DNA of 64,000 nucleotides, from NCBI GenBank assembly GCA_001643675.2, contig LSRY02000032.1, forward strand, positions 1,116,001 to 1,180,000, in the 5' to 3' direction. Positions within the stretch are counted from its first letter, which is position 1, and every line of letters starts with the position of its first letter. This document shows, one piece after another, positions 38,488 through 50,500 of the stretch. A program made the position numbers and the translations under genes. The notes beneath the pieces were generated by a model. That model did no database searches, was not told the origin of the DNA, and was given only the letters and a program-made list of their open reading frames with translations. The DNA is from Monocercomonoides exilis PA203. Lineage: Eukaryota > Protista > Preaxostyla.

Positions 38488-39914
38488 ATGAATGTCTGAA
38501 TAGATGGTTATTTTTATGCATTTGAAAGATTGCATTGTGTTTTTGTAATTTCAGTTTTCGAATATGTTTATGATAAAGTTTTAATTGCCTGTAACTGTTT
38601 ATTTAATTGTTCTCCAATTTATAATCTTTTTGAATTGAATTTTGACTAGTTTTATTTTAATTAATTGGATTGAATGGTAAAGTATTGTTTATGTGATGTC
38701 TTTCTTGTTTGTAGATGAAATGATTCATAAAAATTTTTTGTATGTTTTTTTCCTAATTATGATTATTAAATTTTATGTGAAGTTTGTTTGAAAGTCAGTT
38801 TCGCTACACATTACAATTGAAAGAATATTTCAATTTTATAATCATATGTTGATCTGAATGGTCTTTTCATAATGTTCTTTAATTTCTACGGAAAATTGCT
38901 TTTTTATATTGATTGCCCTAACGCCTTTTTTTCATTTTCTTCTTGCTTTCCATTTCTATTTTTTCGATGAGATTTAAAAAACAAGATTTTCAATCTCTCC
39001 GAACGAGAACTTGTTCAGAATTGCAATGTGTGTTGTGTATTCGAAGTGGATATGACATAAAACGCTGAGGCCCAGCAACTAATGCCGGGCACAAATGCAA
39101 TTCTGAAAACACAAAATGATGGAATAATCATTGGATGTGAATAAAAAAAGTTAAAATATCAAAAAAGAAAGTTAAAAATCAAAAAAATAGAAAAATGACT
39201 GACAGAAAAATCAATACTTTAATCTTCAAGTAACCAAAATCTTAAAATGTCACCCAAAAAGTTAGATAAAAAAAAGAAGGGCTTGTTTGTTTCTCACAAG
39301 AATTTGGGCAGCAAAAAAAGATAAAACTTAAGTCCCTTCATGCAACAATGTCACAGCATTCAAAATGCTCATAAAGTTTAACTCTTTTCCAGAGCTCTTC
39401 AAATGTCAGCTGTTGTGCCAGTGCTGTTGAGTGGGTGTGAGTGACAGAATGCATTCGGGGGTGATTGTGAGTGTGTGTGTACGTGTGGTTGATGAGACTA
39501 AGTGATGTTGTGTGTAGAGGTGTAAAAATGTGAATGGATATTTTCAACAGCTTTCCAAAATTTACAGGTTACAGTTTATAAATGCTCCTTTATTTCTCTC
39601 TTGAACTCTTTCATTCATCGTTAAAGAATAAAAGGTTGTTTGATGTTAAACTCTTTTTTACAAACAAATTAATTCTATCATCAAACATAGCCTTTATTCT
39701 TTAACATAATAGTGAAGCATTCCTTCTTAATATTTCACATGTTCAAAGGCAACGTCATTCATATCAAAAAGGATCAATCAATTAAAAGGATTTCCATTCA
39801 TTTATCTTCACAAGCAAAAATAGTGGAATTAATTTCTTTTCTTAAACTTTTGCATAAAGTCCAATTCACATTTTCATAATTTCTCTTTCTCTTTTTATGA
39901 TTTATTTTAAATAT

Positions 39915-40033
39915 TCTCTTCCATCCCTTCTCCTTCACCCCATTTCCTCCTCCCTCTTTCCCTTTCTCTTCCTCTCTCTCTCTCTCTCTCTTCTTCCCCC
40001 TTCCTCTCTCATCTCCTCCACTTCCCTCCCGCT
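39915..40033. repeat. Polypyrimidine/polypurine tract incl. (CT)n immediately 3' of the RhoGAP stop
   Basis: About 120 nt almost exclusively C/T on plus, i.e. a purine-rich 3' UTR on minus. Confidence 0.8.
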
Positions 40034-42875
40034 TTACTTCCCATCAGCCCCAAACAGTGCCAGTATCCCAGGTGTCAGCTGCTCTCCACAGCGCGCACAC
40101 ACAAACGTATCCGCGTCTGCAAACAGCTTCTCTTCTTCGGGGGTTGGGAACAGCGCCAGAATCAAGTTGAACACAAACTGGATCTCCATCTTCAAGTTCT
40201 TCACTGCCTGTGCCGGGTTGTCTGTGTCCATCCGAATCAGCGTCGGGGCAAAGATAAGCGCCAAGTTGGAGCCGTTCATTCTGTTCGCATCGACATTCGC
40301 TGGATTCGCAATCACTCGCAAAAAGCGGCAGAGATACTTCAGCAGAATTCGGTTTGTCTCTGGAATGGCTGTCTCCACAAAGTTCACACACGCAGCCTGC
40401 TCAGATGCTACTGATAGAGCAGACTGGTACAGCGTGAAGGGAATCAGCGGATCAGTCAGCCTCTTCAGCCATGTCTTCAGCAGCACAGCATACAGATGCG
40501 GGTTCTGTGACTGGAGAGTGTAGAGTCCCTTGTTGATTTGGTTGACGGACTGCTCTGTCTCATCGATGGTGATGCACTTTCGGAACACGCCTTCGCACTG
40601 CAGCCCATTCACGCTCATCAGCCGTATTGCCAAGTACACGCACACAATTGGCACAGGAATGTCTGCCTCGCTCTTGACGCTGATGGCAGACAGGATTTCG
40701 TCTCTCTCTTCAGGTGTCAGCACGCGGATGGCTTCTGACGAAGAGGGAGACGAGGAAGGTTTCAGCGATGCAGACGCAGATGCAGACAAAGACGAAGAGG
40801 AAGAGGAAGACGATGGCGGAGGAGCAGAGTAAACGAAGTGTTGTGTTTGCTGGCGGAGGAGGATTTCGTTCAGGGAGCACGAAAAGACCCGTTTTGTTGA
40901 TGTGATGTCGGTCAGTTCGCTCACCCGCTCGTCGCTCACTTTGTCTCGCCCTCTTCCTTTGCCTTCGCCTCCAAACAGAGTCGTGTTCTGCAGTCTGTTC
41001 AGCGCATACTGTGCAAGAACACTCACTTTGGTCAGATGGTTCGTCAACTCCTCTTCCCGCCCTTTCTCAAACATCTTCTTTGCACCTTTATCAGCAGAGG
41101 AAGAAGAAGGAGATGTCGATGATGACTGCGCTTGCTGCTCTGCGTCTGCCTCAGCTGCTGCTGCTGCCTCTGCCTGCTTGCTCTTCTCGTCTCCTCCCAA
41201 ATCATCCCCGTTTTCCATTGCCTTGTCCAGATGTGATAGAAGCGTCTTTTCCAAATCGCGTGTTGGAGAGAATGAGTCACAGCACAGAATCATCAGCTGC
41301 CAGCCACGCTCAATCGCATCCATCTGTTCTCTCTCTTCCTTCAGTCGTTTTTCTCTCTCCTTCTCCTTCTCCTCTTTCTCTTTCTCTTTCCCTTCCTCTC
41401 TTTTCCCTTGTAGGACGCGTCTGAGTGCTGGCGTCGGGTTCGTCTGTTTGCACAGCTGCAGGAATATCTCGTCTCTCAGCTCAGGTGTCGATGTACCCCT
41501 TCCCACAATCCGCTGTGCTGCCATCTTCATCCCAAGCGTCACCACGGGCACCGATGATGACGTCGAGTGATTGGACTGTGAGTTTGATTTCTCTTTCCCT
41601 TGTTTCAGTCCTGTGTACATCAGGATATCTTCGAAGTTCTTCAGCGCATCCTTTGCGATGTTCTTGTTCCTTTTCACATCACGCAAAAGAGGCTTCGACA
41701 GCGTGTCTTTCTGAAACGCCATCAGCTCGTCAATCGGAATCGCCTTCTTCAGAAACAGAAATCCAGTTTGATGCCTCGCAAAATGCTCCTTTGCAAACCC
41801 CTCAATTTTGAATGAATGGATCTCTGCCTTCAGATTCGGGGGCAGCATTCGCAGAGGCGCTCCTGTAACTCCTCCACCGCTGGCAAGCAGCGAAGAAGAT
41901 GTCATCCCCACACGCAATGTTTGTGCCCCATTTCCAACTGCTGGTGGGACAGAATGCCTTGCCCTTTGAGGGGTTGGCAGTGTGTTGTATCCCCCCATCG
42001 ACATTGAGCGGTCACTGTCCGTTGAACCTCTTTGTTCGCTTGGCAGTGCGGTTGGAATGAGTGATACAGTGCCTGGCAAACTTGTTTCATAAGATACGTG
42101 GTGTTGTGCTGGAAGAGCTGTTGGAGATAAAACTGCAGGACTTTGTATGTTTGTTGATTTTGTATCCTCAATTGGCTGTGTGTGCTGAGCATCAGAAACT
42201 GAATTAGAATTAGAAGATGAAGAAGAAATCTGCTCCGCTAATTGAACGGTGTTGTTCTCTTGATCTGTTGTTGTGAGAACAGTTGGAGTGGAGGATTTTG
42301 AAGGAGTGGAAGAATGGACAGGTGTAGTGGGAGTTGATTCTCGCTCTGGATGTGCTGAATGAGTTTGCCGTGGTGATGATGTTGTGGATGAAGATTTTTT
42401 AGATGTTTCTAACAAAAATAATTAAGAAAATAAATGAATCGAAAATATATAAATAATATGTTCTAACTTGTTCCTGAATCTTCTGTAGGGAATTTCCAGG
42501 TAGATTTTTGTAATGCCTTATTAACGTAATATTTCCTCTTTGTTTTTTCATCAAATTTAACTTCAAAATTATATTTTTAAAACAAAAATTTCTTTTTTGT
42601 ACTTGATCATCTCAAACCTTCCCAGCCTGGAGGAAGCTTAGGCTGTTCTTCTTCAATTATTTCTTTTTTGGTGTGTTCCTGCGCTGGCGATTCTTCTTTC
42701 TTTGGCTTATCCCAGGATACAGCCTTTGTTTTAACATGATAATCTTTGTGTCAAAGTTCGAGTAATTAATTGAATCAAATCTCAATATAGCTCTAAATAA
42801 TAATTGCATACAATATGTACGCTTTGTATTTGGATCTACTGCTGACTTCCAATCGGGAGGTAAATCTTGATCCAT
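40034..42875 (-). CDS. WW-WW-MyTH4-RhoGAP protein (ARHGAP39/Vilse-like architecture), ~885 aa
   Basis: Exons 42875..42812, 42743..42618, 42560..42468, 42408..40034, with GT-AG introns of 68, 57 and 59 nt. Splicing restores WW1 LPPDWKSAVDPNTKRTYYYHVKTKAVSWDKP and WW2 LPPGWEVKFDEKTKRKYYVNKALQKSTWKFP. MyTH4 LRDEIFLQLCKQT..RGWQLMILCCDSFSPT. RhoGAP EGVFRK (Arg finger), LLKTWLKRLTDPLIP, NRMNGSNLALIFAPTL. Confidence 0.93.
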
Positions 42876-43275
42876 TTTGTTTTAAAAATGAGCAAGAGTA
42901 AAGGTATACTCGATCAACATTTGATCAATTTTGTCGAGAATATAAAATTAAATATAAACATAAACAGGATGTTGATTATTGAAATAAACTGATAAAAGCT
43001 TAATATAATAAGTTTATTCTCCTCTCAGAAACCTTTCGAAAAATGAAAAAGTGATGACAGTTGTTTTGAAGAATTTTTTGAAAGAAATTATGATCGAAAA
43101 CTGCTTTTATAACTATTTTCTGTTTGATCTTTGATGTTTGGAATTTTTATTGTCATTTATTCTCTCCAAACGATCTGTGTATAATTTTTTTAAAAATGCT
43201 CTTTTTTGTTGGTTTGCTTTCATTTAATGGAATTGTAATTTTGCATTTGAAGGTTAAAATCATTGTCAATGCATT

Positions 43276-44026
43276 TTGTATATATTCTTAATAATTATAG
43301 TATTTTTTATAATTTGTTTGATTGTTCAATCAAATGAGGATGTTGATAAATTGTTAATTTCTGGGTTAAATGAAGAAAAAGCCATGAAAATATCGGAGGC
43401 TATTCGCATATATAAAGATGCCATTTCGTTCATTGAGGAGTCTACTCGTGATGCATCACCTGAAGAAAAAGAATTGGCAAATGGCTTGTGAAAATTATCT
43501 TAATGCATTGAAATAATTTATTATAATCAATAATTGACTATCGTATGATCATTTAGGAAAAATAAATTATATTAATAAACATTGTGCTCAACTTCTATCT
43601 GAACATAGTTTACAAGAGCCGTCAAATGAGAAATCAGATTCTCAATATAGTATTGATGAAAGTGAGGATCAAGATACAGCAATTTTAGATGATGTTACCG
43701 AAGAAATGCAACGAGAAAATCAAGATTTTTCAGAACCAGGTGAATCAATGAAGGAGAACACAGAAGATTTTGAGAATAACTTCATATCTGGAAGAATACC
43801 AAAAGCTTCAAAATTTAAATTTTTGAATAAACGATATAAAATTGGTCATTATTTCGCATCAGCTGCGAAATCTGTTGTGAACGCAGTGAAAGAAGTGAAT
43901 CAAGAATATAAAATTACTGAAACAATTGCAAATGGAGCTAAAAAGACAGTAAATACAGTGGGCAATGGAATATCAAAGGTTATACCATTGAGAGAACGAA
44001 AGAATAACACAAATAAAGAACTTTGA
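43276..44026 (+). CDS. Small protein with an N-terminal MIT-like three-helix domain, an acidic linker and a C-terminal amphipathic helix (start and splice site uncertain)
   Basis: LLISGLNEEKAMKISEAIRIYKDAISFIEESTRDASPEEKELAN followed by downstream-frame KINYINKHCAQL resembles MIT helices. Acceptor AG at 43555-43556, and the downstream frame is open from 43538 to 44026. Confidence 0.55.
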
Positions 44027-44184
44027 ATTGACAACTATTTATTCATGTTTTAGATTACATTTTTAAAAGTTACATAACTTTTTAAAAATGTTTCACGTTA
44101 TTATTTATGTTCTACTTCATTTTTGTGGTTTTGAAAACACAACGTGTCATTATATTTTAATTTTTAATATTTTTTTTGCGTCTT

Positions 44185-44188
<4 letters not shown>

Positions 44189-44218
<30 letters not shown>
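44189..44218. repeat. Poly-T(30) homopolymer
   Basis: 30 consecutive T. Confidence 0.95.
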
Positions 44219-44220
<2 letters not shown>

Positions 44221-44385
44221 GAATAAAATAAAAATATTTTTAAAAACAGTGTTTGACTTCAAATATTTCGAATAATGAATCGGTGGTTTATTTTAAAGAA
44301 AACATAAGTGATATTATTTTTTTATAAAAAAATGTTCTTTTATCAAACTTTGAAAATCCATTCGAAAATAAAATGCTTTCATTGG

Positions 44386-45385
44386 GTCAACTTTTTAATG
44401 GGACTTTTTTCTTTATTGGCACTTTTTTGTTTTTGCACGCCAATCATTCAAAAAAGCTAGATGGACCTCAACACTCGGACGAGGGTGCTGATAAAACAAA
44501 TTCATTAAATTACCGGTTTGTTTTTTAAATTTTGTTTAATTTTCGTAGAGATACAGCAATTTTTAATTTATTTTGAAGTGACTTTTTTCAGCCGAAGAAG
44601 CGTTTCACAAATTTTTGAAATATATTTTTTAAAACTACTAGCATTTTCCTTTTAATATTCAAAATCTTAAGTTTAACAACTTGTTTTTTCTTCATTTTTT
44701 CACATTTCAATTTTTAATCAACATGCGAATACATTTTTGAAAATATCTTTGTTATTAAAATGAAATGTTAAAAATAAAAAAATGATATGAAAAATTCACA
44801 CTCTAATAAAGAAGTGTGGAAAAGGTTGGACTGAAAATGATTTTTTTTATCTCACACAGGTGAATGGTCACAACATTGAATGATCTGAGATAAAACTTAT
44901 TCTATTTTAATGTGTTGAAAGCAAATAGAAAATTTTAATGTTCACCCTTTTCCACACTTCTTTATTAGAGTGTGAATTTTTCATATCATTTTTTTATTTT
45001 TAACATTTCATTTTAATAACAAAGATATTTTCAAAAATGTATTCGCATGTTGATTAAAAATTGAAATGTGAAAAAATGAAGAAAAAACAAGTTGTTAAAC
45101 TTAAGATTTTGAATATTAAAAGGAAAATGCTAGTAGTTTTAAAAAATATATTTCAAAAATTTGTGAAACGCTTCTTCGGCTGAAAAAAGTCACTTCAAAA
45201 TAAATTAAAAATTGCTGTATCTCTACGAAAATTAAACAAAATTTAAAAAACAAACCGGTAATTTAATGAATTTGTTTTATCAGCACCCTCGTCCGAGTGT
45301 TGAGGTCCATCTAGCTTTTTTGAATGATTGGCGTGCAAAAACAAAAAAGTGCCAATAAAGAAAAAAGTCCCATTAAAAAGTTGAC
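44386..45385. mobile_element. 1,000-bp foldback/MITE-like palindrome: 440-bp inverted arms with a 120-bp spacer
   Basis: 44386..44825 is the reverse complement of 44946..45385, with no mismatch or indel found by eye. No ORF is present. The inverted repeat is certain; the transposon identity is inferred. Confidence 0.7.
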
Positions 45386-45732
45386 ACTAGTATCATTTTT
45401 TTCGAGATAGGAAATTTTGTATAAAACTTGTCACAATAACAGAATTATTATCATCAGTTATGGTTGAATTAAAAAGAAAAAATTAATATTCAATTGGTTG
45501 TTTTGTAAAAGTTTTTGCTTCAAAAATTCTCATGATCAAATAATTTTTGCTGAATGATATTTTATAGCATAATAAATGACACAAATAATATGAACTAACT
45601 TCGATGAGAGATGATCTAATAAACACAAAATGGTGAGATATATCAAAAATTTCAGAATTAATATAACTTTATTTTCAAAAAATTAACATCATGGATAAAA
45701 AAAAAAGCACACTAAAAATATTTCCTTAAAAA

Positions 45733-47192
45733 TTACTTGCTCACGAAATATCCTGAAAGATCTTCTCTCTGAAGAAAATACTGCGTTTGATGTTGAGGTT
45801 GCTCAAAATAACTAATAATGATATCTTCATATCCTTCTTCTTCAAAATGTTCAAATATTTTCTCTTTTTCTTCATTGTTTTTCGATTCGTAATATTCTTT
45901 CTTCTCTTTTCTCAGCAAGCTTTCTGATAATGAAAAAAAGATTCTCACAATCTTCAGCACAATTTCATTTGTCAACGAAAAGCAACTAATTTCTTTCAAC
46001 AAAAAATCAACTGCACCACTTTGGAGGAAATATTCAACAATCACGGTTCTGCAATTTTCAATTCTTGAAATAATATGAACACCTTTGTTCACGATTTCTC
46101 TGTTGAACTTGTCGGCAGCTTGACAGATCCCAACAATGTGCTTTATCAGCTCAACAAATTCTTTTCCTTCGTAAATGATATGGGAAACATATCTTTCAAT
46201 AATGCCGAACCATCTGATCATCATATAAACTTCCTTTAAACCTTTAGTACATTTCCCATCATTTTCCCAATCTACACATCTTTCCAGTTCAGCCAATTCT
46301 GCTGTTGTATCTTTTGCAAAATGAAGATCATATTTTTGAAGATGCTCGCTTTTGCCATTAAAGAACAACAATTTATCCAAAAATATCCAAGCTGATTGCT
46401 TAGCAACAGAGGTCAAGTTGTGATACTCCTGGTCATATTTAATAATTTCTGTGATCTGAAAAAGATACTTACCCTTTTTATGTTTCTGTTTGAAAAATAA
46501 CATTCCCCATAAACATCGCAATCAAGAAATTAAACAATATCACACATAGTTCATAATACAATTGCTTAAAGCTAGTATAGCATTTTCCACATCATTTTTT
46601 GCTTTTTCGTTCGTCTCTTTACATGAAGCACTCAAAAGAAGATAAGACGAACAAATTGAAAATATATGCTCTGATACAACACATTCACTATCAAAGCAGC
46701 AAAGCATAAAATAGCACTCACAAAGATCAATAAGAAATCGTTCGTTCTTTTCATGTTGTTTCTCTTCTTCATCAACGATCATCTGCTCAATTTTTTTGCG
46801 AAGTGAGAGGTAATTGAAAATTTTTTTGTTTATCCCTTTCATCACTTTCCAAAATCCGATATGTTTCAATAATATAACAGCAAAAGTCCATGAAACTATA
46901 TTTTCTCCAATTAAAAAGCGCACTTCATTGAAAGTTTCTTCCGAAATTATTGATTCGATTTCATCCTTTCCCATCATTTCCATCAATTTATTCAACTCAT
47001 TTGCAATTTGTCCTTGCTCAATGGATGTGCAAACTTCCAGCTGAAGCAACTTTTCTTTGAAATATCAGAATTAATCATATAAGTATAATAGATATCGCTT
47101 TATTTTAAAACCTGAAAACATTTTCGTCAACGAAAGCTGATCAACTGTCAATTCTACACCTATTGAATCGTCTATTTCAAATATATAATCCT
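45733..47192 (-). CDS. Member of a lineage-expanded helical (ARM-like) hypothetical protein family; 5' end uncertain
   Basis: ORFs 46540..47049 and 45733..46521 join through phase-0 intron 46545..46486 (ALSNCIMNY|KHKKGKYLFQITEIIKY). An upstream intron 47111..47055 gives LSLTKMFS-EKLLQLE. Motifs LIDLCECY, ILALSN, EIIKY.QE.HNLT..A.QSAW, LHFA...A.EL.EL.RCVDW and EEEGYED resemble a large Monocercomonoides-type family (recalled, not searched). Confidence 0.75.
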
Positions 47193-47550
47193 CTGTGAAA
47201 GCAATAGAAGAAAGAAGTCAAAAAAATATGTAAACATAATGATGTTATTTCTTTTCATTCAAAATGCTTTTAATATACCCGAAAAAATATTCGAAAGCGA
47301 AATTTGTTGCGTCAAACCGAAGAATAAAAAACAATCAAACTTCCCAATTTTTAAATTTTCGATCATTTTTTATTATTGTTATTCAAGGATGTATATATCA
47401 TTATGAAGAATATGAATTTATCATGCTATTATTATCAATTATTTATTAAAATACTTGCTTTTTGCAACAATCATAAATATTCCATATTTAACATTGATCT
47501 TATTATTCCGAAAATCGCTTGCTTTTTTAACAAAAAGTTTTTTATCGAGC

Positions 47551-50500
47551 ATGGAAGATCCAGTAAAGACAAAGACCTTACTTGATGTATGTGGAAACAC
47601 ATTTTGTTTTTTATATTTATTATGTAATTTTTTGTTTGCATTTTAAGTTGAAAACTGTTGTGTCAGATCCATCTCTTATTTCTTTCACAACAACCTCTCT
47701 TCAATCAGAAACAGCATTGACATGCCAAACACTAATTGGAGCAGACAAATATGTTATACGTTTGAACCCTCGCAATCCAACGCAAAGAGATCAGCACAAA
47801 ATGGGAGCAGACCTTGTTGCACCTCATCCCAAATCCAATATTCTTGCACTTAAAGGAGGAGCGTCGATTCAAGTGTATAATTTCGATATTGGTTCTCGCT
47901 TGAAATCATTTAAAATGACAGAAAATGTTGTTTATATGAAATGGCTTGACATTTCAACATTAGCTCTTGTCACTACAAACGGTGTGTACCATTGCACAAT
48001 GGATGCAGAAAGCATCCCAGAACTTGTTTTCCAGCGCTTGCCGCAACTTGAAGGATACAATATCATCAATTACAGAGCAGATGCAAATAAGAACTGGCTT
48101 ATGCTCCAGGGATCAATGGTTGATCCAGCAACGCAACGTCTTGTTGGAGCAATTCAAGTGTACAACGTATCTAAAAAGAAGTCTCAATTTTTACCGGGAC
48201 ATGCTGGAATGTTTATTCAAGGACAACTTATGGGAAAGCAAGTTCAGTCAAATCTTATGGTCATGGCGGTTAACAACAAGCTGTTAATAAATGAATTGGA
48301 TGTTGATGCACCAGCAAAAATGATGCAAGATATTCGCTTTTTGGATGATAAGGATGTCCCCATTGCAATGGAATACAGCACTCGCTTTGGATTGATTTTC
48401 GTTATTTCCGCTATGGGATTGCTCTCTGCTTATGACATTGGAGATGCAGCTCTTGTTTTGATGTCAAAAGTTTCGCCTTCGCTTATCTTTTCAACAATCT
48501 CTGAAGAAACAGAGAACGGCGTGATTGGAATAAACCAACAAGGACAAGTTCTATCAATCACAGTCAATCCAAATACTTTGGTACCTTTCATCACTCAAAA
48601 GTTGAAGAACGTTCCTTTAGCTGTACGTATTGCAAGCAGAGCAAACCTGACTGGAACCGAAGAGCTGTTCACCGAACAATTTGAAGCTGCATTTGCTGCA
48701 CAGAACTATCAGGAGGCTGCTCGTGTTGTTGCCTCGTCTCCTGGTGGTGCATTGAGAACTGCCCAGACCATCCAACGCTTCAAAGCAGCTGCTCCTATCC
48801 CAGGACAGGCATTGCCCATCATGCAGTACTTGGCATTATTGCTGGACAAAGGAAAGTTGAACGAACGTGAATCACTTGAGCTGTTGATTCCCGTTATGCA
48901 ACAAGGACACAAAGAGATGGTTCAAAAATGGATGCAGGAAGGGAAAATCTCTGCTTCAGAAGAACTCGGCAACTTCTTACGTCAATACGACATTCAGTTG
49001 GCTCTTATTATTTACTTGCAATCAAAATCACATGAAAAAGTAGCTCAAATCTATTGCGAATTGGGAGAATACGAAAACGTGATCAAATACTGCAAGAGCA
49101 ACAATTATAAAGCACCATACACTGAGCTTCTGAGAGGTGTTTGCCAGATTAACCCTGCTGGTTCTGAGCAATTCTGCAAGCTTTTGTATGACAACGCTCC
49201 AGAAGGACCTCTCATCGACATTGGCGAAGCGATGGAAATTCTGTTCCAATTTGATTTGATCAAAGAACTGACTGGCGTGATGGTTGGTGTTCTCGCAAAG
49301 AACGAGCCAACTCAAGCAAAATTGCAGACACGCTATCTTGAAATTCTGCTGCTGAAGCGACCGGACGTTGCAAATGCACTTTTCGAGAAAAGACTGTTTA
49401 CTGAATATGATCAAGCATATATTGCACATTGCTGCGAAAAAGCTGGTCTCTATAACAGAGCATTGGAACATTATGATGCTTTGCCTGATATCTTGAGATG
49501 CATTGTCTTCACTAACAAGATGACGATGGAGTTTGTTACAAGCTACATTCATGATGTGAGCGAGCAGCGTGATGTTGCTATTGGTACAGCGTGTTTGAAA
49601 CAACTGACAAAGAACAAGGCCAACCTGCCCTTGTGTGTGGAAGTGTGCAAGAAGTGCACAGGCGTCATTGATCCAAAAGAAATGATTACTATTTTGGAGC
49701 AAGGAGGAATGGTTGAAGCTGTGTATCTGTATCTTCAGGGAGTTGCTGCAACTATTGAAGATAAGGAGCTTGTTTTCCGCTTCATTCAATCTGCTGTGAA
49801 GACCGGACAGATCAAAGACGTGGAGCGCGTTGTCAGAGAAAGCAAGTGGTACGATCCAAAGGAAGTGAAAGATTTGCTGAAGGAATCAAAGATTGAACCA
49901 ACAGCGCTGATGATTGTGTGTGATAGATATGGATATGTGGACGAATTGGTGAAGTATCTGTATCATAACAACCTTCACAAGGCCATTGAAAGGTATGTGA
50001 CAGGATTCAACGCTAAAGCTACACCTGTTGTTGTTGGAACATTGTTGGATGTCGAAGCAAACGAAGAATTCATTAACTCACTTTTGGGATTGGTGAAAAA
50101 CGAATGCCCAATCGACCAACTTGTCGAAGAATGCGAACGTCGCAACAGACTCCGCATTCTGCAGCCATTCCTCGAGGCGCGTGTATCTGAGGACGGAAAC
50201 ACAGACCCTGCTTGCCATTCTGCATTGGCCAAAATCTATGTGGAGACAAACACAAATGCTGATCAGTTCCTGACTGACAACCAGTTCTATGATTCCCTCG
50301 TTGTTGGAAAGTTCTGCGAGAAACGCGATCCACGTCGTGCTGTTATTTGCTATCGCCGCGGCAAATGTGACCAGGAGATGATCCAACTGACGAACAACAA
50401 TTCTCTTTTCAAAGAACAAGCCAAATATCTCGTTGAACGAAGGGACAAAGACTTGTGGGCCCAAGTTTTGAATGAAGAGAACCCGAACAGAAGAGCAGTC

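Noticed and set aside
39055-39095. Resemblance of TAAAACGC..GC..CTAATG to fluoride/TPP riboswitch or HDV-ribozyme fragments
   Set aside because: The required P1 loop, pseudoknot partners and conserved cores are absent; kept only as an unclassified structure.
44189-44218. Poly-T as the tail of a retroposed element linked to the palindrome
   Set aside because: No target-site duplication or element body could be identified; it lies ~170 bp outside the palindrome.
46486-46545. Apparent stop splitting the family gene into two ORFs (pseudogene?)
   Set aside because: A 60-nt phase-0 GT-AG intron removes the stop and restores the expected spacing.
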